DNA of 64,000 nt from Desulfatiglandales bacterium (GTDB lineage: Bacteria; Desulfobacterota; DSM-4660; Desulfatiglandales; HGW-15). The translations under genes were made by a program, and so were the position numbers. The notes beneath the pieces were generated by a model. It was given only the letters and a program-made list of their open reading frames with translations, had not been told where the DNA came from and did not search any database. The stretch covers positions 128,001-192,000 of the forward strand of contig CAXXJJ010000004.1 of assembly GCA_963667015.2 (NCBI GenBank). Direction: 5' to 3'. This document shows, piece by piece, positions 17,641 to 26,772 of this stretch (the first letter of the stretch is position 1; each line of letters starts with the position of its first letter).

Positions 17641-19899
17641 ATGGGTGGAGAAAATATGAAAACTAAGAATATTTTAGATGAAACAGATAAAATCAAAAGA
17701 GGTCTGCTGGCAGTATTTCCAAATCAGGAATCATTCAGAGAATTTATTGATGATAACCGTATGAAGACTGACCGTTTTATAGATATTGCCCGAGAGTATA
17801 GTATCATCGGTCCGGATGATGGTGAAAGGGCTTTTGAGTTTTTTATCCTTGAAAACTCATTGAATTCGGATGATTGTGTTCCGCCTGATGATTTAAATCT
17901 TGGAGAACTGCTTGAGGATAAAGATAAAATAAAAAATTCTGTGCGTGGTTTAACAGGGTGGATTAATGATCTTGTAGAAAAATTCAATCTGGGCAGCCTT
18001 ATTCCTTCGGGTAAGGTAAGCAATGTTATGTTAAGCAGACTGCAAAGAGAGCCTGCAAACACTGTTAATAAAAGAAACTGCCTTAGACTGCTTGCATTCT
18101 GGTTTGGATACAGCAGAGGAAATCTCGGTAGTATCTGGAATTATGAAACCCTGGTAAAAATGTGCCCGGTGGATATCGGAACCAGAAGTAAAAGGGGTGT
18201 GAGGATTGCCTTTGACCTCTATAGTCGGGGTGATGTAATTGAATCATCATCTGTTAACTGGTTAAAGGCGGAGTTACTTCGATGTATAAAGGATCTTTCT
18301 CTTACTAACAGAAACCGGTTTCACTCATTCAGTACTACCTCATTTTATCTTGATATACCTAATGATAATATGTCCGAAGAGAGTATCGACCATCCCCGAT
18401 CCTATGGAAAGGCGATTAAAGATGCCCTCTCTATCGCACACCAGATATCGGTAAGGTGGTCACTTTCAAAACACAGCACAACAAGGAGATGCCTGACCAT
18501 AGCAATAGCTGCAGGTGAGCTCGCAAATCTCGATATCTATCTCCAGTCAATTATCAGGACAAAGTTATCTGTCGATTCCGTAATCAGGCTAACTGATTTC
18601 GCCCATCTGTGCGTTCTGGTAAATGATATCAGAACGGTTTTCTGTGAGAAGCCAAAGGAAATTGAGATTTCTACAGGTGAAGCAGTATCCATATGGTGGG
18701 TTATGGGATTATGGAATACCAATTTTTGGGATCTTATTCCTGGCCTTCTTGAAGATCCTGCCCTTCAGATGGAAGCGAAGACTGATCAGAAATTTATGAA
18801 AATGTTATGGTTTGATGATGTAGCTTCTGAAACGACAGGTGAAAGAGGATCAAATGCGGTTGCATCTTTTTTAAAGACACCTCAGAATTCATTTCTCGGC
18901 CTTGAAATTGCCCGTACCCTGTATTTTAGAAGAAGATTTCTTGCTGCAGACGAAATCTTAAGAATTATCCTCAGTGCTGATCCTGCTAATCTTCCGGCTA
19001 GAAATCTGAGGATGGAAATTTACTGGATATTAGGTATTGAGGCTAAATCCTATTCCATATCAAATATACATTTCAGACAGGCTGAAAAGGAAGCTGCTCT
19101 CATCGATGAGATTTGTACAACCAAAATTGAAGACTTTTTTTGTGAATATGGTCTTGGTAAAATGGGGCAGGCACTCACTATCCTGAGGCGGGTTAGACAG
19201 GGAAGAGGGGAGTATAAAGAAAAAGAATTCATGTTAGGCCCGGATGATGTCTTCAGAGTTCTGGATGAGGCGCAGAGTCTCTTTGAGATGGGCATGTCTC
19301 TGAGTTCACGGGGACACAGATCCTACTACTTCCTTCTCTTTACATTAAGCCTGAAAAGAATCCTGCATGCATATGGAGAGATATTTAAAGATCCTGAAAT
19401 GCCGCTTACCGACAAGGGTAGCCATGTGACCGGGACTGCTAAAGATGTATTTTATGCCATTGGCTGGCTCAATAAAGAAAAAAGTATTAAAGATCAGTAT
19501 TCCGATTTTGTTAATTTTTTAGGTAATGCCGTGTCCAATTATGGTGAATCCATACTTTTAAGTACATCACTTCCAAACACCAGGTTTTCTTTTGCTTCAA
19601 TACTTTGGGATTTTTCGCCGATTCTTAATGTCGGGATTGCAAAAACCGTCTTAAAATTTATGTATGAAGCCAAGCGAATGACTTTAGCTCTTAATGATAA
19701 GAGTTTATGCCTGTTTTCTACGGTCAGGTGTCACAGGGATATCATGCTTCCTGATGCTTTTCTGGCCTGTGTACAAAAGACAATCAACAGGATTGAAGAG
19801 AAGATCGGTACAATGGAACAGTTAGGCAAACAAAAAAATGAGGAAATAATTGATCCGGCAGTTCTGGATGGCCTTAAATTGTTTTGCCTGAATATCTAA
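17641..19899 (+). CDS. Large hypothetical protein: degenerate class III cyclase-like centre plus helical/TPR-like C-terminus (start may be 17656)
   Basis: 752-aa ORF; pattern VRIAFD...AIKDALSIAHQI...LTIAIAAGE...VIRLTDFA; helical repeat-like C-terminal half. Confidence 0.7.
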   Translation: MGGENMKTKNILDETDKIKRGLLAVFPNQESFREFIDDNRMKTDRFIDIAREYSIIGPDDGERAFEFFILENSLNSDDCVPPDDLNLGELLEDKDKIKNSVRGLTGWINDLVEKFNLGSLIPSGKVSNVMLSRLQREPANTVNKRNCLRLLAFWFGYSRGNLGSIWNYETLVKMCPVDIGTRSKRGVRIAFDLYSRGDVIESSSVNWLKAELLRCIKDLSLTNRNRFHSFSTTSFYLDIPNDNMSEESIDHPRSYGKAIKDALSIAHQISVRWSLSKHSTTRRCLTIAIAAGELANLDIYLQSIIRTKLSVDSVIRLTDFAHLCVLVNDIRTVFCEKPKEIEISTGEAVSIWWVMGLWNTNFWDLIPGLLEDPALQMEAKTDQKFMKMLWFDDVASETTGERGSNAVASFLKTPQNSFLGLEIARTLYFRRRFLAADEILRIILSADPANLPARNLRMEIYWILGIEAKSYSISNIHFRQAEKEAALIDEICTTKIEDFFCEYGLGKMGQALTILRRVRQGRGEYKEKEFMLGPDDVFRVLDEAQSLFEMGMSLSSRGHRSYYFLLFTLSLKRILHAYGEIFKDPEMPLTDKGSHVTGTAKDVFYAIGWLNKEKSIKDQYSDFVNFLGNAVSNYGESILLSTSLPNTRFSFASILWDFSPILNVGIAKTVLKFMYEAKRMTLALNDKSLCLFSTVRCHRDIMLPDAFLACVQKTINRIEEKIGTMEQLGKQKNEEIIDPAVLDGLKLFCLNI

Positions 19900-21158
19900 C
19901 CATTATTCGGAAGGATCATTAAAGGGAGCATGACTTCAAAAGTAGTTTCAACATCGGGTTCACTATTTACTGTAACCGTGCCTTTATAGTTTTTGACGAT
20001 TCCATGGACTACAGAAAGCCCAAGCCCTGTACCTTCTCCTTTCTCCTTCGTTGTAAAGTACGGATCAAATATCTTTTCCATAGTGCCAAATGCTATTCCA
20101 GGGCCATTATCACTTATTACGAGTTTAAGATAACTGCCTGGCTTCATATTATTATTTACCAGTGAACTTTCAGGAATAAGTTTCGTAGTAGAGAGATCTA
20201 TCGCCAGAGTTCCACCATTTTCTTTCATGGCATGAATAGCATTTGTGCAAAGATTCATTATTACCTGATGGATCATAGTCGGAGATGCCTTTATCAGACC
20301 TGTGTTCTTGTTTATATTTTCCCTGATCTCTATATTCTCAGGAAGTGACACTCTTAGAAGTTTTATTACTTCACTGATAATAGGTGCCACCTGAATGGGT
20401 TCTTCATCATGTGCCTGGTAATTCTGTCTGCTGAATGACAGTATCTGGTTGATCAGGGATTTTGCCCGATCACATGCTTCAAGTATCTTGCCAAGTATAT
20501 TCGATACCTGTTTGTTATTATCTGCAAGGAGCATTGCTACTTCAGAGTATCCCACTATGCCTGAGAGTATGTTGTTAAAATCATGCGCAATACCGCTGGC
20601 GAGTGTTCCCATTGCCTCCATCTTCTGGGCATCTATCAGCTGGTCTGCAAGTTCATTTTTTTCTTTTTCGGTTTGCTTGATCTCTCTGTTCTGTTCAACA
20701 ACCTTAACCTTCAGTTTACTGTTTAGCTCAAGCAGCTGCTCATTCTGATCCCTGGTTATCTTCCAGAGTCTTCGGACTTCTGTTTTTGATTCGTAGAGAT
20801 CGATTGCATTCTTAACAGCGGTTTTTAATTCAACGACATCCCATGGTTTAAAAACAAACCTAAATATATTGCCCTGATTCATGGCATTTATTGCGACCTT
20901 GAGGTCCGCATGGGCTGTCATTATTATGCATACTGTGGCAGGACATTTTTCTTTTACCAACTGAAGCAGATTAATGCCTTCTATTTCGGGCATGACCTGA
21001 TCTGCGACCACTAGCGCAAAATCCTCAGTATCCAGAATGTTCAGGAGGTCTGAAGGGTGTTCAAATGTTCTGATTTTATATGGCTCATCCTTAAAAACCC
21101 ATTTCAAGGATTCAAGTACACCTGGCTCGTCGTCAATAAATGCTATCTGATGTTCCAT
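19896..21158 (-). CDS. Hybrid histidine kinase (REC-HisKA-HATPase)
   Basis: IDDE...ADQVMP...FKPW receiver; GIAHDFNN H-box; NAIHA, DNGPG, FTTK, GTGLGL. Start set at MEHQ. Confidence 0.92.
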   Translation of the reverse strand: MEHQIAFIDDEPGVLESLKWVFKDEPYKIRTFEHPSDLLNILDTEDFALVVADQVMPEIEGINLLQLVKEKCPATVCIIMTAHADLKVAINAMNQGNIFRFVFKPWDVVELKTAVKNAIDLYESKTEVRRLWKITRDQNEQLLELNSKLKVKVVEQNREIKQTEKEKNELADQLIDAQKMEAMGTLASGIAHDFNNILSGIVGYSEVAMLLADNNKQVSNILGKILEACDRAKSLINQILSFSRQNYQAHDEEPIQVAPIISEVIKLLRVSLPENIEIRENINKNTGLIKASPTMIHQVIMNLCTNAIHAMKENGGTLAIDLSTTKLIPESSLVNNNMKPGSYLKLVISDNGPGIAFGTMEKIFDPYFTTKEKGEGTGLGLSVVHGIVKNYKGTVTVNSEPDVETTFEVMLPLMILPNNG

Positions 21159-21258
21159 TTTTATCTCAAAATTAGTTGATGTTATACTCGGAAAGAGAAG
21201 ATAATAAAAAGCATTATTTTTCAAGTAAAAATAAATTATTTTTCTCATCTTCATTTTT

Positions 21259-21272
21259 TTGACATAGATCAA
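21259..21272 (+). promoter_or_regulatory. Crp/Fnr-family (HcpR-like) binding site
   Basis: TTGAC-ATAG-ATCAA about 80 bp upstream of hcp. Confidence 0.7.
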
Positions 21273-21352
21273 TGTAATGAATGCCGAATTTAATTATCAT
21301 CGGTTTAAAGAATTACAGGGACATACTTTAAACTATAAAGAGGAGATAAATT

Positions 21353-22981
21353 ATGTTTTGTTATCAATGTGAACAGGCGGCTAAAGGAGAGGGATGTACA
21401 AAAATAGGTGTATGTGGCAAACAACCGGATGTTGCAGCATTACAGGATCTGCTCATTCACCTGCTTAAAGGATTGTCCCTTTATGCAGTTGAAGGCAGAA
21501 AAGTCGGAATAAATGACCATGATGTTAATGTGTTCACCTGTAAAGCGACATTTTCTACGCTTACCAATGTTGATTTTGACAGCAGCAGGTTTGTGGACCT
21601 GATAAATGAATGTGCCAGATTGCGGGATCAGCTTAAAAAGAAGGTTGCTGATACAGGAGGAAAAACTGATTTCTCTGATGATTCAGCTACATATGTTCCC
21701 GGAAATTCTTTAAGTGAACTCGTTTCCAAGGGAGAAACAGTTGGCCTGAAGTCTGATACTTCAATTGATTCTGATATACTTGCACTTCAGCATACCACAT
21801 TATTCGGTATTAAAGGCTTGTGCGCATATGCAGACCATGCGCAGCTTTTAGGGCAGGAAGATGAGAGTGTGTATGCCTATATCCATGAAGGATTGGCTTC
21901 TATGCTCAATCATAGTCTATCTCTTAATGACTGGGTTGGACTTGCCCTTAAATGCGGTGAAGTAAATCTTAAAGCAATGGAACTGCTTGATACCGGTCAT
22001 ACAACCAGGTATGGACATCCTGTTCCCACCGTTGTTCCTTTAGGTGCAAAGAAGGGAAAGGCAATACTCGTTTCAGGCCATGATCTGATAGACCTGGAAA
22101 CAATATTGAAACAGACCGAAGGGAAGGGGATTAATATCTATACCCATGGAGAAATGCTTCCAACCCATGGATATCCCAATCTTAAGAAATACAATCACTT
22201 TTATGGTCATTACGGGACAGCCTGGCAGAATCAGGCAAAGGAATTCGCCGAATTCCCTGGAGCTATCCTTATGACAACAAACTGTATCCAAAAACCTTTG
22301 GAAAGTTATTCGAATAATATATTTACAACAGGACTTGTAGGATGGCCTGGTGTCAGGCATGTTTCAAATAACGATTTTTCAGATGTTATCGAAAAAGCCC
22401 TTGAAATGCCTGGATTTGCATCTGATACAGATAAAGGCTCTGTTATGTGCGGATTTGGGCATAATGCTGTTATGGGTGTTGCTGACAAGGTTATTGAGGC
22501 TGTGAAGTCTGGAGCTATAAAACATTTTTTCCTTGTTGCCGGTTGTGACGGCGCTAAACCCGGTAGGAACTACTACACGGAATTTGTAGAAAAGGTGCCT
22601 TCTGACAGTGTAGTTCTTACACTGGCCTGTGGAAAATTTCGTTTCTTTGATAAAAAGCTTGGAGATATAGGTGGTATTCCAAGGCTTCTTGATATCGGGC
22701 AGTGTAATGATGCATATTCTGCAATACAGATAGCCGTTGCTCTTTCACAGGCTTTTGATTGCGGGGTGAATGATCTTCCGCTTTCAATGATACTTTCATG
22801 GTATGAACAAAAGGCGTGTGCAATTCTGCTGACTCTCTTATATCTGGGTATAAAAGACATAAGGCTTGGCCCGTCTCTTCCAGCTTTTATAACACCCAAT
22901 GTGCTTAATGTACTGGTAGAAAATTTCAATATAATGCCAATTTCAACACCTGATGAGGATTTGAAGGCAATCCTCGGCTAG
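21353..22981 (+). CDS. hcp: Hybrid cluster protein (hydroxylamine reductase)
   Basis: MFCYQCEQ...GC...GVCGK, THGEMLP, GCDG, GQCND, SWYEQKA. Confidence 0.97.
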   Translation: MFCYQCEQAAKGEGCTKIGVCGKQPDVAALQDLLIHLLKGLSLYAVEGRKVGINDHDVNVFTCKATFSTLTNVDFDSSRFVDLINECARLRDQLKKKVADTGGKTDFSDDSATYVPGNSLSELVSKGETVGLKSDTSIDSDILALQHTTLFGIKGLCAYADHAQLLGQEDESVYAYIHEGLASMLNHSLSLNDWVGLALKCGEVNLKAMELLDTGHTTRYGHPVPTVVPLGAKKGKAILVSGHDLIDLETILKQTEGKGINIYTHGEMLPTHGYPNLKKYNHFYGHYGTAWQNQAKEFAEFPGAILMTTNCIQKPLESYSNNIFTTGLVGWPGVRHVSNNDFSDVIEKALEMPGFASDTDKGSVMCGFGHNAVMGVADKVIEAVKSGAIKHFFLVAGCDGAKPGRNYYTEFVEKVPSDSVVLTLACGKFRFFDKKLGDIGGIPRLLDIGQCNDAYSAIQIAVALSQAFDCGVNDLPLSMILSWYEQKACAILLTLLYLGIKDIRLGPSLPAFITPNVLNVLVENFNIMPISTPDEDLKAILG

Positions 22982-23000
22982 TAGTATTTCCGTTCCTCTA

Positions 23001-23040
23001 TCCTGTCCCCTACCTTAATTTACCGTAGGGGACAGGAATA
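23001..23040 (+). terminator. Terminator-like hairpin after hcp
   Basis: TCCTGTCCCCTAC...GTAGGGGACAGGA, perfect 13-bp stem. Confidence 0.7.
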
Positions 23041-23062
23041 TTTACCCTCCTTGAATCATTCC

Positions 23063-23091
23063 TTGACACACTTTGCAGCATTAAATATAAT
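23063..23091 (+). promoter_or_regulatory. Consensus sigma-70 promoter for the cupin gene pair
   Basis: TTGACA-N17-TATAAT, exact consensus. Confidence 0.85.
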
Positions 23092-23171
23092 TTTTTCTTT
23101 AAATTATTGTCACTTTACTTATAAATTGCCCGGTACAATCGGGAAAGGTTTTATGAAAGGAGAACATTTAA

Positions 23172-23675
23172 ATGTCAGAGTCAAAATATGGGCCGTATAT
23201 CTGCACTGATTTGAAACATATCGAACAGATGCCCGGTTACAAAGGTGATCAAAAAATCGGGAGAGGATATGATGATGAAGGGTACCGCCTCTCTCTGGAG
23301 CATATTAATTGGATGGATGGAGATGTGATTCCCGGTGCCTTTTATGGAGAAAGTACATGGATTTGGCCTCCAACATTTAAAGATCAAAGGCCAAAACCCA
23401 TTATGACACGGGAAGAGATGGAAAAAAAGGAGGGAATTGCCCCTCATGCCCACGAATTTTCAGAAGTACTCACAATGTTTGGCACTAATCCTGACGACCC
23501 GAGTTATTTGGGAATGACAATAGAATTCTGGATGGAAGACGAAAAATTTATTATTGATAAAAGCTTCCTTGTTTATATACCTGCCGGTATGGTGCATTGC
23601 CCCCTGAAGGTGCTGAGCCCTATGGAAATCCCAATATTCCATTATACCGTGGGGCCGGGCCAGACATATGAATAG
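23172..23675 (+). CDS. Uncharacterised cupin-fold protein
   Basis: PHAHEFSE...GTNPDDP..LG...YIPAGMVHCPL (HxHxxxE...H); RBS AAGGAG. Confidence 0.8.
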   Translation: MSESKYGPYICTDLKHIEQMPGYKGDQKIGRGYDDEGYRLSLEHINWMDGDVIPGAFYGESTWIWPPTFKDQRPKPIMTREEMEKKEGIAPHAHEFSEVLTMFGTNPDDPSYLGMTIEFWMEDEKFIIDKSFLVYIPAGMVHCPLKVLSPMEIPIFHYTVGPGQTYE

Positions 23676-23728
23676 GAAAAAGCAAGCATAATATAAGCTA
23701 ATAAAGCAATCTATTTCAAGGAGATAAA

Positions 23729-24166
23729 ATGGCGGAAAAGAACCATTCAAAATATTTTGTATGGGCAGATAAACCGAATCTGACATACCCATCATACAGA
23801 CCGAAACTGGACCCAAATCTTTTTAGAAAGATCGTTTATCTAGATGCTGATGTAGTAGAAGAAACAGACTTTTACAGCGAAGCCATGTGGATAGTACCTG
23901 GCGAGGCATTTAACAAAGGGGTTACACATGTTGAAGCTCATTCTCACACCTGGGGAGAATTTATAGGTTTTTACGGATATAATTATGACAATATATACGA
24001 TCTCGGCGGTGAGATAGAGTTTACCATCGATGGAAAGACCTATAATATAACCGAGAGTTTTGCTTCATATATCCCGGCAGGAATTGAGCACGGTCCATTA
24101 ATTATCAAGAATGTTACTCGACCGATTATGCATTTTACGGCCGGGCCGACTCTGAGATATGAATAG
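23729..24166 (+). CDS. Uncharacterised cupin-fold protein (paralog)
   Basis: AHSHTWGE...DLGGEIEF...YIPAGIEHGPL; RBS AAGGAG. Confidence 0.8.
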   Translation: MAEKNHSKYFVWADKPNLTYPSYRPKLDPNLFRKIVYLDADVVEETDFYSEAMWIVPGEAFNKGVTHVEAHSHTWGEFIGFYGYNYDNIYDLGGEIEFTIDGKTYNITESFASYIPAGIEHGPLIIKNVTRPIMHFTAGPTLRYE

Positions 24167-24206
24167 CTCAGGGAATTTATAGAAACTTACCTGATAGAAC
24201 TATAAC

Positions 24207-24242
24207 AAAATCCCTGTAAGCTTAACAGGCTACAGGGGTTTT
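24207..24242 (+). terminator. Rho-independent terminator
   Basis: AAAATCCCTGTAAGC...GCTACAGGGGTTTT. Confidence 0.65.
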
Positions 24243-24339
24243 GGTCTCATTTAGACTTAAGAAATTATATTCTGCACTGAAAAATCGTTAATACTGCTCC
24301 CAAAATCGTTAATTTTTAGTTTTAACAATATGTTAGAAT

Positions 24340-24386
24340 ATACTATATATTGAGTGGGTTTATATTGAATACCCTATATTTTGTTG
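24340..24386. promoter_or_regulatory. Tandem NrdR-box-like sites
   Basis: ATACTATATATTGAGT (24340) and ACCCTATATTTTGTTG (24371) with a 15-bp linker; compare consensus acaCwAtATaTwGtgt. Confidence 0.55.
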
Positions 24387-24412
24387 ACATTCTGAATTTA
24401 ATAATGTATAGG
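24384..24412 (+). promoter_or_regulatory. Sigma-70 promoter candidate for the HDOD kinase operon
   Basis: TTGACA-N17-TATAGG. Confidence 0.55.
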
Positions 24413-24533
24413 CATTTAATATAACTGATAATTTTATTATTTTTATTGCTAAGAGCTGGATACAGGATAACGAACAGAAGCTGTTAACTAATATTATATG
24501 CCTTTAATCAAGTGGTAGAATGAATAAAATCTA

Positions 24534-26696
24534 ATGACTCAATGGAATTCATCATATTATCGTAATAAAAATTACAATAGGATAATAAAAGGTTCAATTG
24601 ACTCAATTATTTATGATGTCCATTTTCTCCCAGTTGAGCCCGAGATCTGCTCGGTATTTCTTGAATCGATAAAAAAACAAAACTATTCATCAACGGATCT
24701 TACAAAATTTATTACGCTAAGCCCTTCGCTTACCTTTAATTTACTAAATCTTGTTCATTCATCTTTTTATGGAAATAAAAATATTACCAGTCTCAATGAT
24801 GCATTAAAGGCAATAGGAAATGATATTGTCATCCATCTGATAAAAGACTTTTTAATTCGATCATCTGCCTTAAATAAAAGTCATAACATAGAGCCTGGTA
24901 TAAACAGTCATTATTATGGTTCCTTAAAGAGTGCACATCTGGCAACTCTGGTCTCTGAGGAGCTTAAATTTTCATCTCCATTTACAGCATACACTGCAGC
25001 GCTTCTACATAATGTTGGATCAATTGTTCTGAAAAACAGGTTCCCCATACAATATGACAAACTAAGTTCATCAGTAAACAATTCTTATTTAGAGCAGGTA
25101 TCAGAAGAAGAGTATACACTGGGGGTAAATCATTGTTATCTGGGCGCTCGAATGATTGAACACTGGGATTCTTTTCCGTTCATTGCTGATGCGCTTTTTT
25201 ATCATCACCACCCTTTAAAAAAAGTAAAGCAGGCAAGTAAGCTTGTACAACTGATTTATTTTTCCGGTATGTTGGATAACCAGAGAGAAGCAGACTTGTC
25301 CCTTATTATTGAGACAGGTAAAGAGCTGTTTAATTTTTCTGCCGACCAGATTAATGAGTATATATCAATAGCAGAATTGAAAGTACAGAATCGTCTCCTC
25401 CATCTGGGAATTGAGGTATCAGATAATTACAGCTCTGTCGTATATCGATCGAATTATCTAAGAGAAACAGTTAGTTATAGTGATATGGATAATAATTCAC
25501 TGCTGTCGACACTGATTGATCACGTCCGTAACTCTGAAGATGAAAAGGATGTTTTAAAGCAAATTGGTAAATCAATACATCTTTTAACAGGATTAAGTGA
25601 AATATTATATTTTAAACATAATAAAGACAATAATTCACTTGATGGTTACTATTTGAAGAGCCCTGAAAATACGGAATTCTCCAATGATTTTTCTATCCCG
25701 ATGAATGCAAAGAGCAGCATTATTGTTACTTCCTTTTTAATGGGGCTGGACATTAACTCGCTGGATAGAGTCAGTAACGCAGAACCTGCCCTCTTTGATC
25801 TGCAAATAGCAAATTATTTGGGATTAGACGGGCTTTATTGTCTGCCTCTGGTTGATGGGGACAAAACAATAGGAGTTATTGTCCTGGGAATCAATCCCGG
25901 TGGAATAGCATTAGAATCCGAGACTGTAAAAAGACTTTGCCGTTTTACAGAGGCCGTGGTTCCCCTTCTCTCGGATGAAGAGGTTAAGGAGAGCACCGAA
26001 TCTGCAGATATTAAAAATGCTGAATCAAGTTTACTGCAGACCCGAAAATTAATCCATGAGATTAATAATCCATTAAGCGCTATAAAGAACTATCTTAAGG
26101 TGCTCGGCATGAAGCTGGATGATATAAATGTAGAGAATGATGAGATCAGGATCATGGATGATGAATTAAACCGTATTGCCAAACTGTTAAAAGAATTTAA
26201 ATCTTCTTCATCCGATAAAAATAAAACAACAACATCAAGCCTGAATAGGATCATTTCAGATACCATCCTCCTTATAAAAAACAGCCGGGTAAATGGACCT
26301 GAAATTAGCATAGGCTTTGAAATGGATGAAGATACCCCTGATATAATGATTGATAAAGATGCTTTCAGGCAGGTGTTGATAAACCTGATTAACAATTCAA
26401 TTGAAGCCATGCCCATGGGCGGTAATATTTCATTGGATGTTCGATATAAAAATGGTCTGCAGCAGGGAAACAATAATGGGAAGGTAATTGAGATATCAAT
26501 AGTGGATAATGGACCTGGCTTTCCTGATCATTTAAAATCGAATCTCTTTAAAAATCAATCAACGACAAAGGCAGATCATGATGGCATTGGTTTATTGATA
26601 GTACACGAACTTGTGAAAAAGATGGGAGGCAATGTCATTCTTGATGAACATTCCGATAAGGGTGCATGTTTTAAAATAACACTGCCGGTGAATTAA
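24534..26696 (+). CDS. HDOD-GAF histidine kinase
   Basis: HDOD features (LLNLVHSSFYG, AALLHNVG, GVNHCYLGA, HHHP); GAF-like CLPLVDGDKTIGVIVLG; HEINNPL; NSIEA, DNGPG. Confidence 0.88.
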   Translation: MTQWNSSYYRNKNYNRIIKGSIDSIIYDVHFLPVEPEICSVFLESIKKQNYSSTDLTKFITLSPSLTFNLLNLVHSSFYGNKNITSLNDALKAIGNDIVIHLIKDFLIRSSALNKSHNIEPGINSHYYGSLKSAHLATLVSEELKFSSPFTAYTAALLHNVGSIVLKNRFPIQYDKLSSSVNNSYLEQVSEEEYTLGVNHCYLGARMIEHWDSFPFIADALFYHHHPLKKVKQASKLVQLIYFSGMLDNQREADLSLIIETGKELFNFSADQINEYISIAELKVQNRLLHLGIEVSDNYSSVVYRSNYLRETVSYSDMDNNSLLSTLIDHVRNSEDEKDVLKQIGKSIHLLTGLSEILYFKHNKDNNSLDGYYLKSPENTEFSNDFSIPMNAKSSIIVTSFLMGLDINSLDRVSNAEPALFDLQIANYLGLDGLYCLPLVDGDKTIGVIVLGINPGGIALESETVKRLCRFTEAVVPLLSDEEVKESTESADIKNAESSLLQTRKLIHEINNPLSAIKNYLKVLGMKLDDINVENDEIRIMDDELNRIAKLLKEFKSSSSDKNKTTTSSLNRIISDTILLIKNSRVNGPEISIGFEMDEDTPDIMIDKDAFRQVLINLINNSIEAMPMGGNISLDVRYKNGLQQGNNNGKVIEISIVDNGPGFPDHLKSNLFKNQSTTKADHDGIGLLIVHELVKKMGGNVILDEHSDKGACFKITLPVN

Positions 26697-26772
26697 CGAA
26701 TTTAAATAATAATATTAAAAACTATAAATATTAGATCATGAAAAATGTTTGTACCCTTTTAAAGGAGTTTTT

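Noticed and set aside
21159..21272. Longer N-terminus of the REC kinase given by the ORF track
   Set aside because: The extension runs through AT-rich promoter DNA and the HcpR-like site; the receiver domain begins at MEHQ (21158).
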